A DNA stretch of 64,000 nucleotides from Gekko japonicus (Eukaryota). Below the pieces are notes generated by a model. That model was not told the origin of the DNA and made no database searches. It saw only the letters and a list, made by a program, of their open reading frames with translations. The position numbers were made by a program, and so were the translations under genes. The stretch covers positions 1,302,064 through 1,366,063 of the forward strand of contig NW_015165831.1 in assembly GCF_001447785.1 (NCBI RefSeq), read 5' to 3'. This document shows positions 49,508-63,031 of the stretch, piece by piece. How positions within the stretch are numbered: the first letter of the stretch is position 1; each line of letters begins with the position of its first letter.

Positions 49508-52500
49508 CTATAGAGCTATTGCAACAACGACCCTGCAAAAAGCCTTTACATGTGGGGGAGGGGAGAGGGATGGTGGATACAAGAGGAGATGAAGGGGGAA
49601 TGGGTACCAACGTGGGCGGGGACTGAAAATCCACACCTTCCCATCTGCATGGTGGGCAAATCCACTTTTGACTATGATCTTCCCGGAACGATGAGAACAA
49701 AGCTGGTTTGGGAAGCATCACAGGAAACCACAATGGCAGATGGAAGGAGAACAGTTGGGGAACAAAGTCACATGGATGCTCTGGGGGGACCCCCCCCCAA
49801 AAAAAACACACCTTGCTACAATGTGGGAGACACAGTGGAGTAAATCACTTGTATGTACCATTTCTCGCATTCCTGGACTGAAATTGCTTTTTGAAGTAGC
49901 ATCCCAGGATCTAGAGCAAGAGAGACCCCCATGAGGGCATGCACATCATTAAAGCTGCACTTGCTGAACAGATTCATAGCTGGACACATTCTTCCTCCTT
50001 CAGTTCTGCTTAAGTGTCAGTGCAGCTGCGAGCAGGTAGGAATTGGACAATGGATTGGTAGAGGCAAGGCAGTTAATTGGCACTGTCCTAGGGTTGCCAA
50101 GAGGCCTGCAGAAAAATGTCCTGACCTTTAAATAGAGGCTTAATGGCCCAGACCTGGATAGCCCAGGCAAGCCCAATCTCACCAGGTCTTGGAAGCTAAG
50201 CAGGGCAGACCCTGGCAAGGACTTGGGAGACCTCCAAAGGGATACCAGGGCCAGAACGAAGAGGCAGGCATATGAAGCCACCTCTTTGAAACATCCTAGC
50301 CCCATTGGAAGTTGCCAGAAGTCACTATGACTTCCAAGCTTGCAAGCAGATACCCACACAAAAATACAAAAAATAGAGAGAGGCTTAATGGAACCTTATT
50401 TAGCTGGTGATGTGATTTACCTTTATACCAGACTTCAGCTGCCTATGTTCATGTTGGTGTAGTGGTCAAGAGTGTTGGCCTAGTTTCGGGAAGGCCCAGG
50501 TTCAAATCCCCACCCCTTGGGTGAGCTTGTGCCAGTCACAGCCTCTTCGCCTAACCTACCTCGCAGAACTGTTGTGAGGATAAAAATGGAGGAGGAGGAG
50601 AATTGTGTAAGCTGCTCTTGGCCCCATTCGGGAGGCCCCATTAATTCATTAATGCCTAGGGAACAAGGCATTTTCCTCCAGGCTTGTTGGCAATTCTACT
50701 TCTGATAAGTACAAATACACTATTTATAAATTACATGAAGGTTGATACAAAATGAATTTCTGAAAGACGTCTTGGGACTGAGATGGGAAGTGTGATGCAT
50801 TCCCTTTTCTAAAAGGAAGTTATATTTTTGTAAACAATCCTTCACTTTAAGAGAGGTGTTAAGGCTCTTATACTTTAAGGGCTTCATTTGAATGTTTACG
50901 TCGCTGTTTATTTATACCGCTCTTACTCCACGTACGAAGATTGCTCCCAAATATAATTGGGAACCGGAAATTACGTTAAAACACCATTAAGACCTTAGCC
51001 CTTATGGAGATAAAAAACGGCAAGCTCTACCACCACCCCCTAGTGGCTCTGCGGTGCCATAGACACGCACGGCTGTTCCTTTCCCTTTCCTGGAAGGGGC
51101 GGGTCTTGATAGGGAACGGCTGCTAAAACAAAGAGTTACAGACAGTCCTAATAATTGTTTAACGCAGCTTCCGGTACCTGACAGTGGGAAGAGCAGTGGA
51201 AATACCTACAGAAACAACGCTCCGGACAATTGAACCCCTAAAGCATAACGAAGATACAGATTTCTTATCTCACTACACATGCTAACGTCATTCAGTTCTC
51301 GCATCTGTTTGTTAACCCTGTTATTATAATGTATGCTAATTTATTGCTATTCACAGGTCTTACCAATTGCCTTTGTCCTATCTTAAGTATATTTACCGCT
51401 CAGTTACTTATGCATCTTGACTCTAATCAGCTCTACCTGGCAACAACCTCCTCACCCACTACCTATATATAATGGTTGGTGACTTCTGTTTCACTGTGCC
51501 TGTAGAAGTGTGCCTGCACACAAAAGCTCATACCTTGAATAAAACTTTGTCGGTCTTAAAGGTGCCCCTGGACTCAAACTTTGTTCTGCTGCTTCAGACC
51601 AAAATGGCTACCCAACCAGAAACTCAGATGACAATTTTAAGCAGCCATGTTGGTCTGGGAATTATTCATTCATTTATTTAAAACGCTTATTGGTAGCAGG
51701 GTTTCCTCCTTATGGAGCTCAAGACGGCTTACAACATAAATAGTCCTGGTGCAATTGAAATGTCTCAGATGAAAACATTTCTTGAGTTCTGCGAAACTCT
51801 TAATAAGCAAAATTATGCGTTCCGACTTACAACTGAGTTACTAACTGGCATCAAGGAGGGTGAAGCACTATGTCTGTTGAACCTAGACCTCACTGACCCC
51901 CCCCCCCCTTTAAAATTACATTTTTAATTATCTGTTTGGTTGCTGGAAGTTACTCTGGCAGCCAATTTTGTCTGAAAAGCATATGGTAAAGATAGAAAGT
52001 TGTATTACTTGGATTGTAAAGTGGTGGAGCACCGAGTTCCCACAATTTCTATTAGAAGTCTTATTAACAAACAAATTAAACTCACACATTCCTACACCAA
52101 CAGCCCAAGTTTTTTTCCATTTAAAAACAAACCCCCTGATTCTATTGCAACAGCCGATGAAGAAGCATCCTCATTCAGTGAGCAAAAGGACATTGTGGTG
52201 GTGGGGGGGGGATAATTATATGAAATGAAAGGATTGCCGGGAGACGGAACTTTAAAAGTGCCCAATGCATTTTATTTCCCTATGAATATGGGCCTCTTCT
52301 GTTCGGGTTTTTTTGTCTATTTGTTTAAAATCAGACCCCGGGTTAAAGCACCACAATCGTTCCTTGTATAATGACTGCTTAGATGTTTTGATACAATTTG
52401 TTGTTTTAAAAATAAATCTATTCGCCTTTCAGGTGCCAAGATGCTCCCTTTTTTTTGTTTCTGCTGCAGCAGATTAACACGGGATTCAATTATTTTCTTC

Positions 52501-52659
52501 TGGAATCTAACAAGGCCCTGACTTTAAATAATTTATACAATAGATAAACACGGGTTCGTATTATGTATTTCCACTCCTCTGGTCCCATTCAGGGAGGTTT
52601 GCTGGAATGGCAATCGGAAGTGAGAGTTGCATGGAACCCTTTGTTTATATATCTCTTTG

Positions 52660-52940
52660 ACTGAGAGTTCTCCGGCGGAGGCCTGAGGGGCGGGGCCGGA
52701 GGAGCCTAGGCCACCACCCCCTAGGCCCGGCGTGACAGCGGGAGAAGTGCTGCGAGCTCGCGTGAACTATGGGGCTGCTCAGCATCCTGAAGAAGATGCG
52801 CCAGAAGGAGCGCGAGCTGCGACTGCTCATGCTGTATCCTTCCGCGAGGAGGAGAGCGAGGCCGGTGCTCCCCGTGCCTTCTCCAGTCCTCGCATTAATC
52901 CGGTTTATTTATTTGTGGGCGCAGCGGCCATCTGATGCGT
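52660..52940 (+). promoter_or_regulatory. ARL2 CpG-rich promoter
   Basis: Local CpG enrichment and GC box GGGGCGGGG near 52687 upstream of the ATG. Confidence 0.65.
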
Positions 52941-55900
52941 CATTAGAGTAACACTTACTTTAAAATCGTGCCTGTCGAGCTGCATCGGGAAGGCATAGAT
53001 TCAGCGGGGCGTTATGATCAGAGTAATCGTGTGATGGATAAAATGTCTCTGTACATGTACAGAATGCCTAATCGGGGCTGGCAACTCTGGTTTGGGAGTT
53101 TCTGGAGATTTGGAGGTGATGCTGTATTATAAGGAAGGTGATTTGGGGGAAGGGCAGTACAGGGGCAAACTCTAGCTTGGTAAATAATTAGAGATTTGGG
53201 ATGGTGACTGGGGATGCTGTAATATTGGGAAGGAAGGGAACTCTGCATGGATGCTGTGGAGGTTGTCCTTCCAAACTAGTCTTTTGTGCAGGGTAATTGA
53301 TGTCTAGTCTGGAGATCATTTGTAATTCTGAGAACTCCTGCCACTACCTTGAGTTTGGTATCCCTGTGCCTTACCTGTAACAAAGGGAATATCTATTGGG
53401 CAGCTGTGTTAATCTGTAGCAGCAAAATGGAACAGGAGTCTAGTGCTTAAAAGAAGATATAATGAAAAAAGTAATTACTTCACTTGGAAGGGGTGACGTC
53501 CATCCCGACTGTTGTTAGAGGAGAAAAGTAGGATGAATATCAAATCTAGTGGATTTTGCAATGGGTGCTTTGCCAGAAGACAGGGACTTTTAGAGCAGCA
53601 ACAGAGTACCCTGAAAAATTAAAATGTTCATCCACTGGATTCTGAATAGTGTAATTTTTAATGTCAGAATTTGTGCACTCTGATCATGTACAGAGTACCA
53701 GTGCTTCATCTTTGAGTAATCACGGCCAGACCAAGATTCCTTGTATAAAAAAGGGAGTAATTCTATGCACATGTGGACTTCTTGGCCTGACTAATCACAA
53801 TTGTTTTATGGGACAGGCTTTTAGCAGTCTATGGCAGCTTTGAGAAAATTTAAGCAAAGCTCTCTCTGTAGATTCCTTTTTTCTCCTATGCTTTTTTCTC
53901 CTTAACCCATCTCTCTGCAGGGGCCTAGACAATGCGGGTAAGACAACCATCCTGAAGAAGTTCAATGGGGACGAGATTGACACCATCTCGCCCACATTAG
54001 GGTTCAACATCAAGACGCTGGAGCATCGTGGGTGAGCCCTCCAGTTCTCCTACGCCACTTTGTGCAGGAAAGAAGGATCTAGCTCAGTCTTCCTCTTCCT
54101 ATTTCTCCTCCTCGCAGTACCCTGGGCACTCCCCTCTCTATTTCCAGTGATCTAGTTTCAGTTGGTAGCCGTGTGGATCTACAGTAGAAGGGCTCGAGTT
54201 GAGTCCAATAGCACCTTTAGAGACCAACAAGATTTTCAGGTCAAAAGCTCCCTTGAACAAGTATCTTGAAGAAGGGAACTTTGACTCTCAAAAGCTTCCA
54301 AAAATCTTGCTGGCCTCCGAACCTTGCTCTTCAGTGAACTAAACTTCTTTTTCCGCCAGGGCCAGTTTTTAACCCCTTCATGCCCGACGTGGCATCTCTT
54401 TTGCAGCTTCAAGCTGAACATTTGGGATGTGGGGGGCCAGACGTCCCTGCGCTCTTACTGGAAGAACTACTTCGAGAGCACGGATGGCCTCATCTGGGTG
54501 GTGGACAGTGCCGACCGCCAGCGTCTGGAGGACTGCAAGCGGGAACTGCAGAGCCTTCTGGTAGAAGAGGTAGGAGCTGTGTGGGGGAGGGCAGCTGGTA
54601 GTAGGTTTACCCCCCCCCCCATCAGGCCTGCAGATGCAGAGTAGGGGTGGCACCGGCTCTGTTGCTGCAAATCTGGACTGGGGGGGGGGGGAGAAGCATA
54701 TTAGCACTTCAAGGAATGAGGATGTACAACATTTTCCCCCCCTCTCTGCTTGTTTCTCCAACAGCGCTTGGCAGGAGCCACCTTGATCATCTTTGCCAAT
54801 AAGCAGGACCTGCCAGGGGCCCTGAGTCCCAGTGCCATCCAAGAGGTGAGAGCCAGTGGTCATATTGAGGCATGGGGGTGGGACCAATACACAGGTGGGG
54901 GTGGGCTGGGCAGCTTCAGGAAAGGAGGGATGTTCCTGGAGGCTAGCAGGAAGGAGAATGGATAGCTGCTTTCTTTTTCGTTCTTTTTCTTTCCTATGCT
55001 GCTTTTTGTTGCTACTGAACACAACAAAATGAGCAGGGATTGTCAGGGTTGCTGTAGGTTTAATCCTTCATCGAGCAGGGGGTTGGACTAGATGGCCTGT
55101 ATGGCCCCTTCCAACTCTATGGTTCTACGAGCAAAGGACAGGTACCAAGAAACTTGATCCATTAAAAACGTTGACACAAATTAAGAAGTCAGAAAAAGGC
55201 TTGTCTGCACAATACAGGATGGGTAGTCGTGTTAGTCTGTGTAGTAGTAGAAAAGAGCAAGAGTCCAGTAGCACCTTAAAGACTAACAAAATATGTGGCA
55301 GGGGATGAGTGTTTGTAAGTCACGGCTCACTTCTTCAGACACCAAGATGGGTAGCCATGTTAGTTTGTCTGTAGCGATATCTGAAGAAGTACCTGAAGAA
55401 GTGAGCCGTGACTCACGAAAGCTCATCCCCTGCCACGTATTTTGTTCGCCTTTAAGGTGCTCCTGGACTCTTGCTCTTTTCTACTGCACAGTACAGGCAA
55501 TACACAAATAAGTGGATTCTTCATCAAATCAAGCCTGGACTTTCTCTAGAAGCTAAAATGACTAAACTGAGACTATCGTAGTTCGGTCACATTGTGAGAA
55601 GACAAGAGTCACGGGAAAAGCAATCCTGCAAGGAAAAGTGGAAGGCAGCAGGAAAAGAGGAAGACCCAACATAAGATGGATGGACTCAGTCAAGGAAGCC
55701 ACAAGGGCCCTCAGTTCGCAAGACCTGAGCAAGACTGTTAATGACAGGACGTTTTGGAGGTCATTAATTCATAGGGCTCAAGTGGTTAAGACGCTGAACT
55801 GCAGGCTGTGGAAGGTCAGTAGTTCAGCAGTTCGAGACCCGGGTGCCGCATGAGGGAGTGAGCTCCCGTCTCTAGTTCCAGCTCCTGCCAACCTAGCAGT

Positions 55901-56851
55901 TCGAAAGCAAGAAATTGCAAGTAGATAAATAGGGACCACTTTGGTGGGAAGGTAACAGCGTTCCGTGTGCCTTGGTGTTTAGTCATGCCGGCCACATGAC
56001 CACGGAAACGTCTTCGGACAGAGCTGGCTCTTCGGCTTTGAAACGGAGATGAGCACCGCAACCCTAGAGTCGGATTCGACTGGCTTTCGAGCAAGGGAAA
56101 CTTTACCTTTACCTAATTCATAGGGTGGCCATAGGCTGGGAGCAACTCAATGGCACTTAACACGCGCACACACAAAATACATCCTGACATTGCTGCCTAA
56201 ATTGGATGAGAGAAGAGGCAGCCCTTCTTTCAGCTGGCAGCCCATTCCGTAAAGATAGGGGCAGCACTGCATACATTCCTGCTCTGGCAATCTTTCTTTC
56301 TTTACTTAATAGTCCATCTTTCTCTCTGGGACTCAAGGCAGACTTCACAGAGTGAGTCAATACAGTCGACGGATGGGACATTCAGTAAACAATGCAATAG
56401 GTTCAGGTTTGTAGAACCAAACCAGAAGTCTAAAAACAGCAAAGCATAAGTATTAACGTGACACATTAAATGCATTTCTAGAACCTGGAGCCAATTCCTG
56501 AGTGGGAACTGGGGCCCTGGTGACACTTTACCCTTGGCCTGAGTCTGCTCCAGCAGCGCAGGTATCAGCACTTCTGGGGTTCCTAGAAAATAGCTAGTGG
56601 TGGGGTTAAGGTGTTTTTGGTCTTGGGGCCCCCAGTGAAGCCCCTGCCTGCTCTTTGGGCCTTCTCCGAACCTTGCACAGGCTTCACCCTCTTTCTGATT
56701 CTTCTACCTTTTCTAGGCTTTGGACCTCGACAGCATCCAGACCCACCACTGGTGTATCCAAGGCTGCAGCGCTTACACTGGAGAGAATTTGCTGGCAGGC
56801 ATCGACTGGCTACTGGATGACATCGCCAGCCGGATATTCACAGCGGACTGA
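52769..56851 (+). CDS. ARL2: ADP-ribosylation factor-like GTPase 2; exons 52769-52833, 53921-54031, 54407-54569, 54765-54845, 56717-56851 (184 aa)
   Basis: Spliced product [31 protein letters not shown]...WDVGGQ...FANKQD...CSAYTGENL...[11 protein letters not shown]; exon lengths 65+111+163+81+135 = 555 nt, all GT-AG; AATAAA at 57150-57155. Confidence 0.98.
52834..53920 (+). other. U12-type (minor spliceosome) GT-AG intron 1 of ARL2
   Basis: 5' site GTATCCTT and branch site TCCTTAAC (53899-53906) close to the 3' AG match U12 consensus. Confidence 0.92.
55777..56113 (+). mobile_element. Sauria SINE nested in an old RTE LINE 3' fragment (about 55520-56170) in ARL2 intron 4
   Basis: 12-bp TSD TAATTCATAGGG; flanks translate to RTE C-terminus ([19 protein letters not shown]). 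Confidence 0.88.
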
Positions 56852-57552
56852 GTGGCCGTGGGGGCAGGTGTACCCCACCACCCCCATGCACATGTGTAGC
56901 TGGGGACTCGGACTCCATTTCCATTCCCGGGCCACTCAGACGGCTGGTCCTGCCCTCTGACCTGGGATGAGGTCTCGCCTTTGTGACGAATCTGCCAGAT
57001 TGAAGTCTGGGGCAGGGACTGTTTCTGCTGAGCGTGGTCCTCAGACAGGTCTTGCCTGCGACGGAACAGTGACAGGGGATGCTGGGGGCGGGGGGAAGAG
57101 GCTCCCTTCTCCCTGTTCTCTGTATGGAATTGTGTCCAATGTATATCTTAATAAAGCTGCTGCTGTGATTCAAAGGTGTTTGTTTAATAACTGTAGAGGC
57201 CTTTTCTTCCTTCTTCCCTGGCCACCACCCTCTACACCAGTTTGGTGTAGTGGTTATGTGTGTAGGTTCTAATCTGGGAGAACCGGGTTTGATTCCCCAC
57301 TTCTCCACATGCAGCCAGCTGGGTGACCTTGGGCCAGTCACAGTTCTCTCAGAGCTGTTCTCTCAAGAGCAGTTCTCTCAGAGCTCTCTCAGCCCCATTT
57401 ACTTAATAGGGTGTTTGTTGTTGGGAGAGGAAAGGAAGATTGTAAACCGCTCTGAGTCTCTGAGTGAAGGGCGGGGTATAAATCCAATCTTCTTGGGCTG
57501 GTGTAGAGTTGGGCTGATGCAAACCACTTTTCTTGAGTAGGGTCAGTTGCTA

Positions 57553-57745
57553 GCCTGATCTCATCAGATATCAGAAGCTAACCAGGGTCGGCCCCTGGTT
57601 AGTATTTGGATGGGAAACCGCCAAGGAATACCAGAGTCACTATGCAGAGGAAGACTGTGGTAAACCACCTCTGAATTTCTCTTGCCTTGAAAGACCTACA
57701 GGGTTGCCATAAGTTGCCTGCGACTTGACAGCACTTTTTAGCACC
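57553..57745 (+). mobile_element. 5S rRNA-derived SINE with RTE-like 3' end (others about 4780, 7850, 17155, 28780, 50170, 59460)
   Basis: Degenerate 5S internal promoter region (GAAGCTAAcCAGGGTCGG..CTGGTTAGTATTTGGATGGGA) fused to a non-5S tail. Confidence 0.8.
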
Positions 57746-60700
57746 ACCTCTGTGAACTTCCTACTTTATTTCAGGGCTGGCAGACAACATGCTTGAGGTA
57801 AATGGAAGCCTGGCAAGGATTTACAGAGTATAAACTACAGGTGCTGCTAAGAATGGGCTGTGATCCTTCATCAATCTAGTTAGGGTTGAACTGCAGTAGA
57901 ATCTCTAGGTTTGCAATATGAGAAGGCAAGCAGATTCCAGTCTAGCTATCCCTTCCAAGGTATACATGGCTCTCCCTGCTTCTGTCTCCACAATTCTGTG
58001 AGGTGGCTCAGATGAACTAGTCCAAGTTCATCTAGTGAACTTAATGTCTAAGCAGGGTTCTGAGTCTTAGCCACTCCACCAGAGTGCTTCTGAGTGGCTA
58101 GGTGGAGAAATCATCCTACTTCTGTGAGTGGTTTATCTGTGGAAGAGGCTGCTAGCAAAAGAGGCCGTGGAGTGTCCTCTCTGGATGTTTTCAAGAAAAG
58201 CCTGGGCAGGCAGTGGACCGTGGCTTTAAGGGGAGCACCTGATTTGCAGATAGAAAGCCCTAGGCTCAACCCCCAGCATCTCCAATTCAAAGATTCCAAG
58301 TAGTTGGTGCTGAGAAAACCTTTCCTTTACCTGAGACCCTGGAGAGTCTCTCTGAATCAGAGGGTACAATACTAGGATGGATAGACCAACGGTTCAGTTA
58401 ATTATAGACCTATATAGGTAGGGGTGCTTCAGGAGCTGTATTGATCTCCCAGAATAAGGGTCAAAGCAAATAAGCTGAGATGTTTGTTTGGACCAACTGG
58501 TATTTGAAAGGCAGGGTTTGTGTTCTTGAGCTACATGTGACTGTGCTTCAAGCATCTGCTGATTTCTGATCTCCCGCTCGTCAAAAGGCCACAGGCATGG
58601 GATAACAGCAAAATTGACTCCACAAAGGCCCATGACTGTGTTTTCAGTCTTGTCCAGTCGCAAGAAAGATTGAAACTAAAATCCCTGCATCCTTATTATC
58701 TAGATTAGGGGTCCACCACCTTTTTAGAGTCTGTGGGCCCCTCTGGAATTCTGATGCAGCAGGTGGAATCAATCACAAAATGGCTGCTGCAGGAGGTGGA
58801 ATGGCACAGAGGAAGCTCATGTGTGGAGGAGAAGACGGGTAATTTTAAAAATGCACTGGGAGAGAGGAGAGAGAGGATAAAACCGACACTGTGGGGGCTG
58901 GCGGCAGCTGTTATTTTAATCTGCACAGCCAATCACATCTCCAATGGCTACTGAGATGCCCTGCTGGGCAGAAGCCCCACCTGGCCCCGTCCACTTTCTA
59001 AAAAATACTTGGTGGGCGCCACGGTACCCACAAGCACCATGTTGGGAACCCCAATCTAGATGGACCCTCCAGGTTTAGAGACAGCGTACCTTTGCCTTAT
59101 TTATTGGATTCTTGGGCGCAAACAAGAAGATCTGGTTCTTGGTTTCATTACCTGCATGTAAGTTTTCAGAGGCAACTTGCAGATCCATCTTGGAAACAGG
59201 ATGCTGGATGAGACGACTTTTGGTGGTGACTATGGGTTCAGGGGCAAGAGCCCTGCATTGAAAAACACCCAAGTTTAGTTTCTAGCTATGAGGATCAGGT
59301 AGCAGGTGATGTGGAAAACCTCTGCCTGAGCCCCTGGAGAAGTGCTACCAGTTAGAGCAGAGATCCAGCAAGGCGATGGTTTCCCAAGTTCTGTTTCTGC
59401 ATTTCAAATATTAGCTGGTCCATAAGAGCTTCTCTCTTTCGTTGATGTCAACTCGCAGCTGGCTTTTGATGACCTAGTGAGGGTTTTCAAGGCAAGAGAA
59501 ATTCAAAGGTGGTTTGCCATTGCCTGTCTCTGTGTAGCAACCCTGGACTTCCTCACTGGGGCCAACCCTGCTTAGCATCTGAGATCTGAAGAGATCGGGC
59601 TAGCCTGGGCCACTACTCACAAACTTTGGATATATATTTTTTGTCGTGTGTGTGCGTGTGTATGGTGGGGAGATGATGATGAGTCCTATGGTCCTATTCA
59701 ACTTATTCAGAGAACCATTGAGTTAAAATTATTTTTGAAGTAGGACCTACTTCTAAACACACTATTTCAGAATCCACCATTGCCGTGCCTCAGACAGTGT
59801 GGGTTCAGGAGGCCATGGGCATCGAGTACGTCCATCACCTTCCACGTGGCTGGTGGCTGGGAGTGAGCTGATCCCCTGAGAACTCATGGGGGTGTCAGCT
59901 GAAGGATGGGGTGGAAACGTGGCTGCTCTGTCCTCCCTTTTCCCACCACAGGGATGGGGGGTGGTGGAGGTTCTGAGCCTCCTCTCCCCCCTCACGAGCT
60001 TTAAACCATGATCCGCCTGACAGAGGGTTGTGACCCACTTGACTTAGTTTGAGAATCACTGTGCTGAGGTGGACAGCTGCTGCAAAAGGCCGCCTACAAC
60101 CCACTCAGCCGTTGCCATGCTTGTGTTCGAAGTTCTGCACATCGCTTTTGTTTGGAGCTTGCAAACTTTGTTCCTTCCTATGCTTCTTGTTTACTTGGCT
60201 TAAGCATTTCCTTGCACCCCCATGACTTTATGCCAGCATGGTGTAGTGGTTAAGTGTCAGACTCAGGCCTGGGATCACTGGGTTCAAATCCCTACTCTGC
60301 CATAGGAGCTTGCAGGGTGGCCTTAGAACAGTCACTCTCACAACAACCCAGGGTTGCCAACCTCCAGATGGTGCCTGGAGGTCTCCTGCTATTACAATTG
60401 ATCTCCAGACTACAGAGATCAGTTCCCCTGGAGAAAATGGCTGCTTTGGAGGGTGGACTCTATGGCATTATATCCTGCTGAGATCCCTCCCCTTCCCTCC
60501 CCAAAGCCCACCCTCCCCAAGCTCCACCCCCAGAATCTCCAAGTATTTCCCAACCTAGAGCTGGCAGCCCTACAACAACCTCACAGGGTAGTTGTGAGGA
60601 TAAAATGGAGGAGAAGGAGGGAAACAGCTCAGGCTTCCCACTGGGGAGGAAGGTGGGTATAAATGAAGTAAATAGATCCCCCACTCTTTTGCAAGCCACA

Positions 60701-61451
60701 ACCAAGGCAAGAGGCCTGAATTTCTAACAGGAGCAGAGCTGGGACTTAAGCTGGCTCAGCGCACTGGGCGTGCTTGCATGTGACCCTAGATCCGTGGAAG
60801 GCTGTGGCAGGCTTTATTCTAAGCTCCCCCAGCTCAGCAGCCAGAAAACCAGCCCCTCCGCTATATGTGATCACGTGCACCATATTATTTCTAACCAAAA
60901 GCAAGGAAGGGAGGAGAGAACCAGGGAAGGAAGACACTATTCATTTCCAATAATGATGTCTTTTTTATTCCCTTTCTCCCTCATTATATAATTTCAAGGA
61001 ACATCTTTGCTCCTGGTTAAATTCCACATGCCCCGCTGCACAAAAACTGTGTTGTTTTTCTCCCATTGTACAAAATTGAACAAGGTGCGCGTTGGACTCC
61101 GTCTTGAAGTAACTGAAGGGTGCGGCAAAAGAACTCTGCATGCTCTCAGAGAGCTCCTCTAAACATCTGCACATGCCTTCCCCAACTTTATTGGCACTAT
61201 TTTAAAAAAGTCAAGTTAAACAGCAACACTACACCAATAACCTGGCTGCCCTGACGAACTAACCCAACCTTTCCCAAGCCTATCCTCCAGGGCAGCAGAG
61301 AACAGAGAAAGGGGTGGAACTATCAAGAAGAGAAGAGCAGAGCCAGAGATCCTGGGTAGCATGGCTGACGGGAAGCATGTTTCTATTCCAGATTGTCAGC
61401 CTCAAGACACTTGCAAGACAGCAGGCCCTATTTGCATTCAGTGGGACTTAG

Positions 61452-61590
61452 TTAAAGGTAAAGGTGCCCTTGCTCGAAAGCCAGTCGAATCCGACTCTAG
61501 GGTTGCGGTGCTCATCTCCGTTTCAAAGCCGAAGAGCCAGCGCTGTCCGAAGACGTTTCCGTGGTCATGTGGCCGCCATGACTAAACACC
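61452..61590 (-). mobile_element. Sauria SINE 3' fragment
   Basis: Matches the 3' half of the other copies. Confidence 0.85.
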
Positions 61591-61879
61591 AATTACTTCT
61601 GAGTTATTATGCTTCGGCCGGGACTGCGCGTTGTTAGCACTCCGTCCGGATCTGTGCTAGAGGGTTGCGTTCTGGGGTTGTAAAAACAAGGTGCATATTC
61701 TATATGAACACGGGGCCCTAGCTCAAGTTATGCGCTTTACGCAATATCCTGATTAACTCCACCATTCCTCGTTTTTGCATCACACGCAATATCCTGATGA
61801 ATTCCTCATTTTCCCCTCACTGCAGTGCAATACTAAATCCAGCCCTTTGCAGAGGAGTCCTGCCCCTAAGCTTTCCTGA

Positions 61880-62330
61880 ATAGCCGCAGCGTCGCACTTT
61901 GCAGACACTCCCTCCGCCCTGGTCTCAAGGCCGTGAAGCCATCAGCTACGCATGCGCTTTGAGTGTAGGGCTGGACGCGCAGTCGCGACTCGGATAGCCC
62001 ATCGCTCTGCTGCCTTTGGCCGCTGCTGGCTACGCGGGGAGTTCTGGATTTAAAGGGGCCGCATCGCCCAAAAGGGCGTCGGGATGTCCCGTCGGGCGAA
62101 GGATGAGTACCACCGGCATTACACCGTCACCGACACCCGAACCCACCCCAAAGGCTACACTGAGTACAAAGTGACCGCCAAGGTGAGGGAGGGGTTTTCG
62201 AGAACCCCCCCAATCCCACATTGAGGGGAGGGGGCGAAGTGCGTCAATAGGGCTTCTGTCTGTTCGCGGAGTTTGCTTCCAGTGGGTGGAGCCTATGCAG
62301 GAGCAGCAGCGCGCAAGACCCTCTGTACAT
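61880..62330 (+). promoter_or_regulatory. SNX15 CpG island promoter
   Basis: CpG-rich; NRF1-like ACGCATGCGC near 61948. Confidence 0.65.
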
Positions 62331-62782
62331 GTGCAGAGTACTTTTTTCCTCGGGTGTGGTTCCCCGGCAGGGTCTGAGCTGCAAGTTGCATTTGTTCCCT
62401 TACACGTTTTTTTTTAATCTCTATTGAAGGCAGAGCTCCGATACAATCATTGCAGGGAACCCTGCAAGAAATAAAGGCGCCTGCGCTACCGCCCCTCCCC
62501 TTTCTGAAATATTAAAAATGGGAGGGGGGAAGACAGGACCCCCCCCCCGCCCCTCTGGATGGCCCTTTGCTCTTTTAGTATTTGTATGTGCTTTTATAAC
62601 AATTAGATTTTAGCTGGTTTTAATGACATATGCCACTTTGTGGCATATTGATCAGGAGAAAAGTAGGATATAAGTAAAAAAATATTAAAATTAGAACATA
62701 AGTCTTGTCGAGTCTCAACATCTGGCTCTATTTTTCTCTCCTCCAGTTTGTCTCAAAAGTGAATCCAGAAGATGTCAAGGAG
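62084..62782 (+). CDS. SNX15: Sorting nexin 15, first two coding exons (62084-62182, 62747-62782); gene continues beyond the window
   Basis: MSRRAKDEYHRHYTVTDTRTHPKGYTEYKVTAK|FVSKVNPEDVKE is the start of the SNX15 PX domain; GT-AG boundaries; lies directly downstream of ARL2 as in mammals. Confidence 0.95.
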
Positions 62783-63031
62783 GTATGTCCGTCTTTATAC
62801 TTGCCTTACAGGTTATGCTAAATGCAGGAGGGAGGAACTGAGGACTGAGATTTGCCCAGGTACAGAGGGTGCTTCCCTTGGCTGCATATCTTTTCAGTGG
62901 CTGAGGGGATAATAAAGTAATACTGGTAGGGTGTGTTGGCCCTCCTCAGAAATGGATTTTATCTGCACAATCACAGGGTCAACATCTGCCTCCCATCCCC
63001 AGCCATCACTTTCCGGCTCAAAACTGCTTTA

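Noticed and set aside
57553-57640. 5S rRNA gene
   Set aside because: Truncated, diverged and fused to a SINE tail; multiple dispersed copies.
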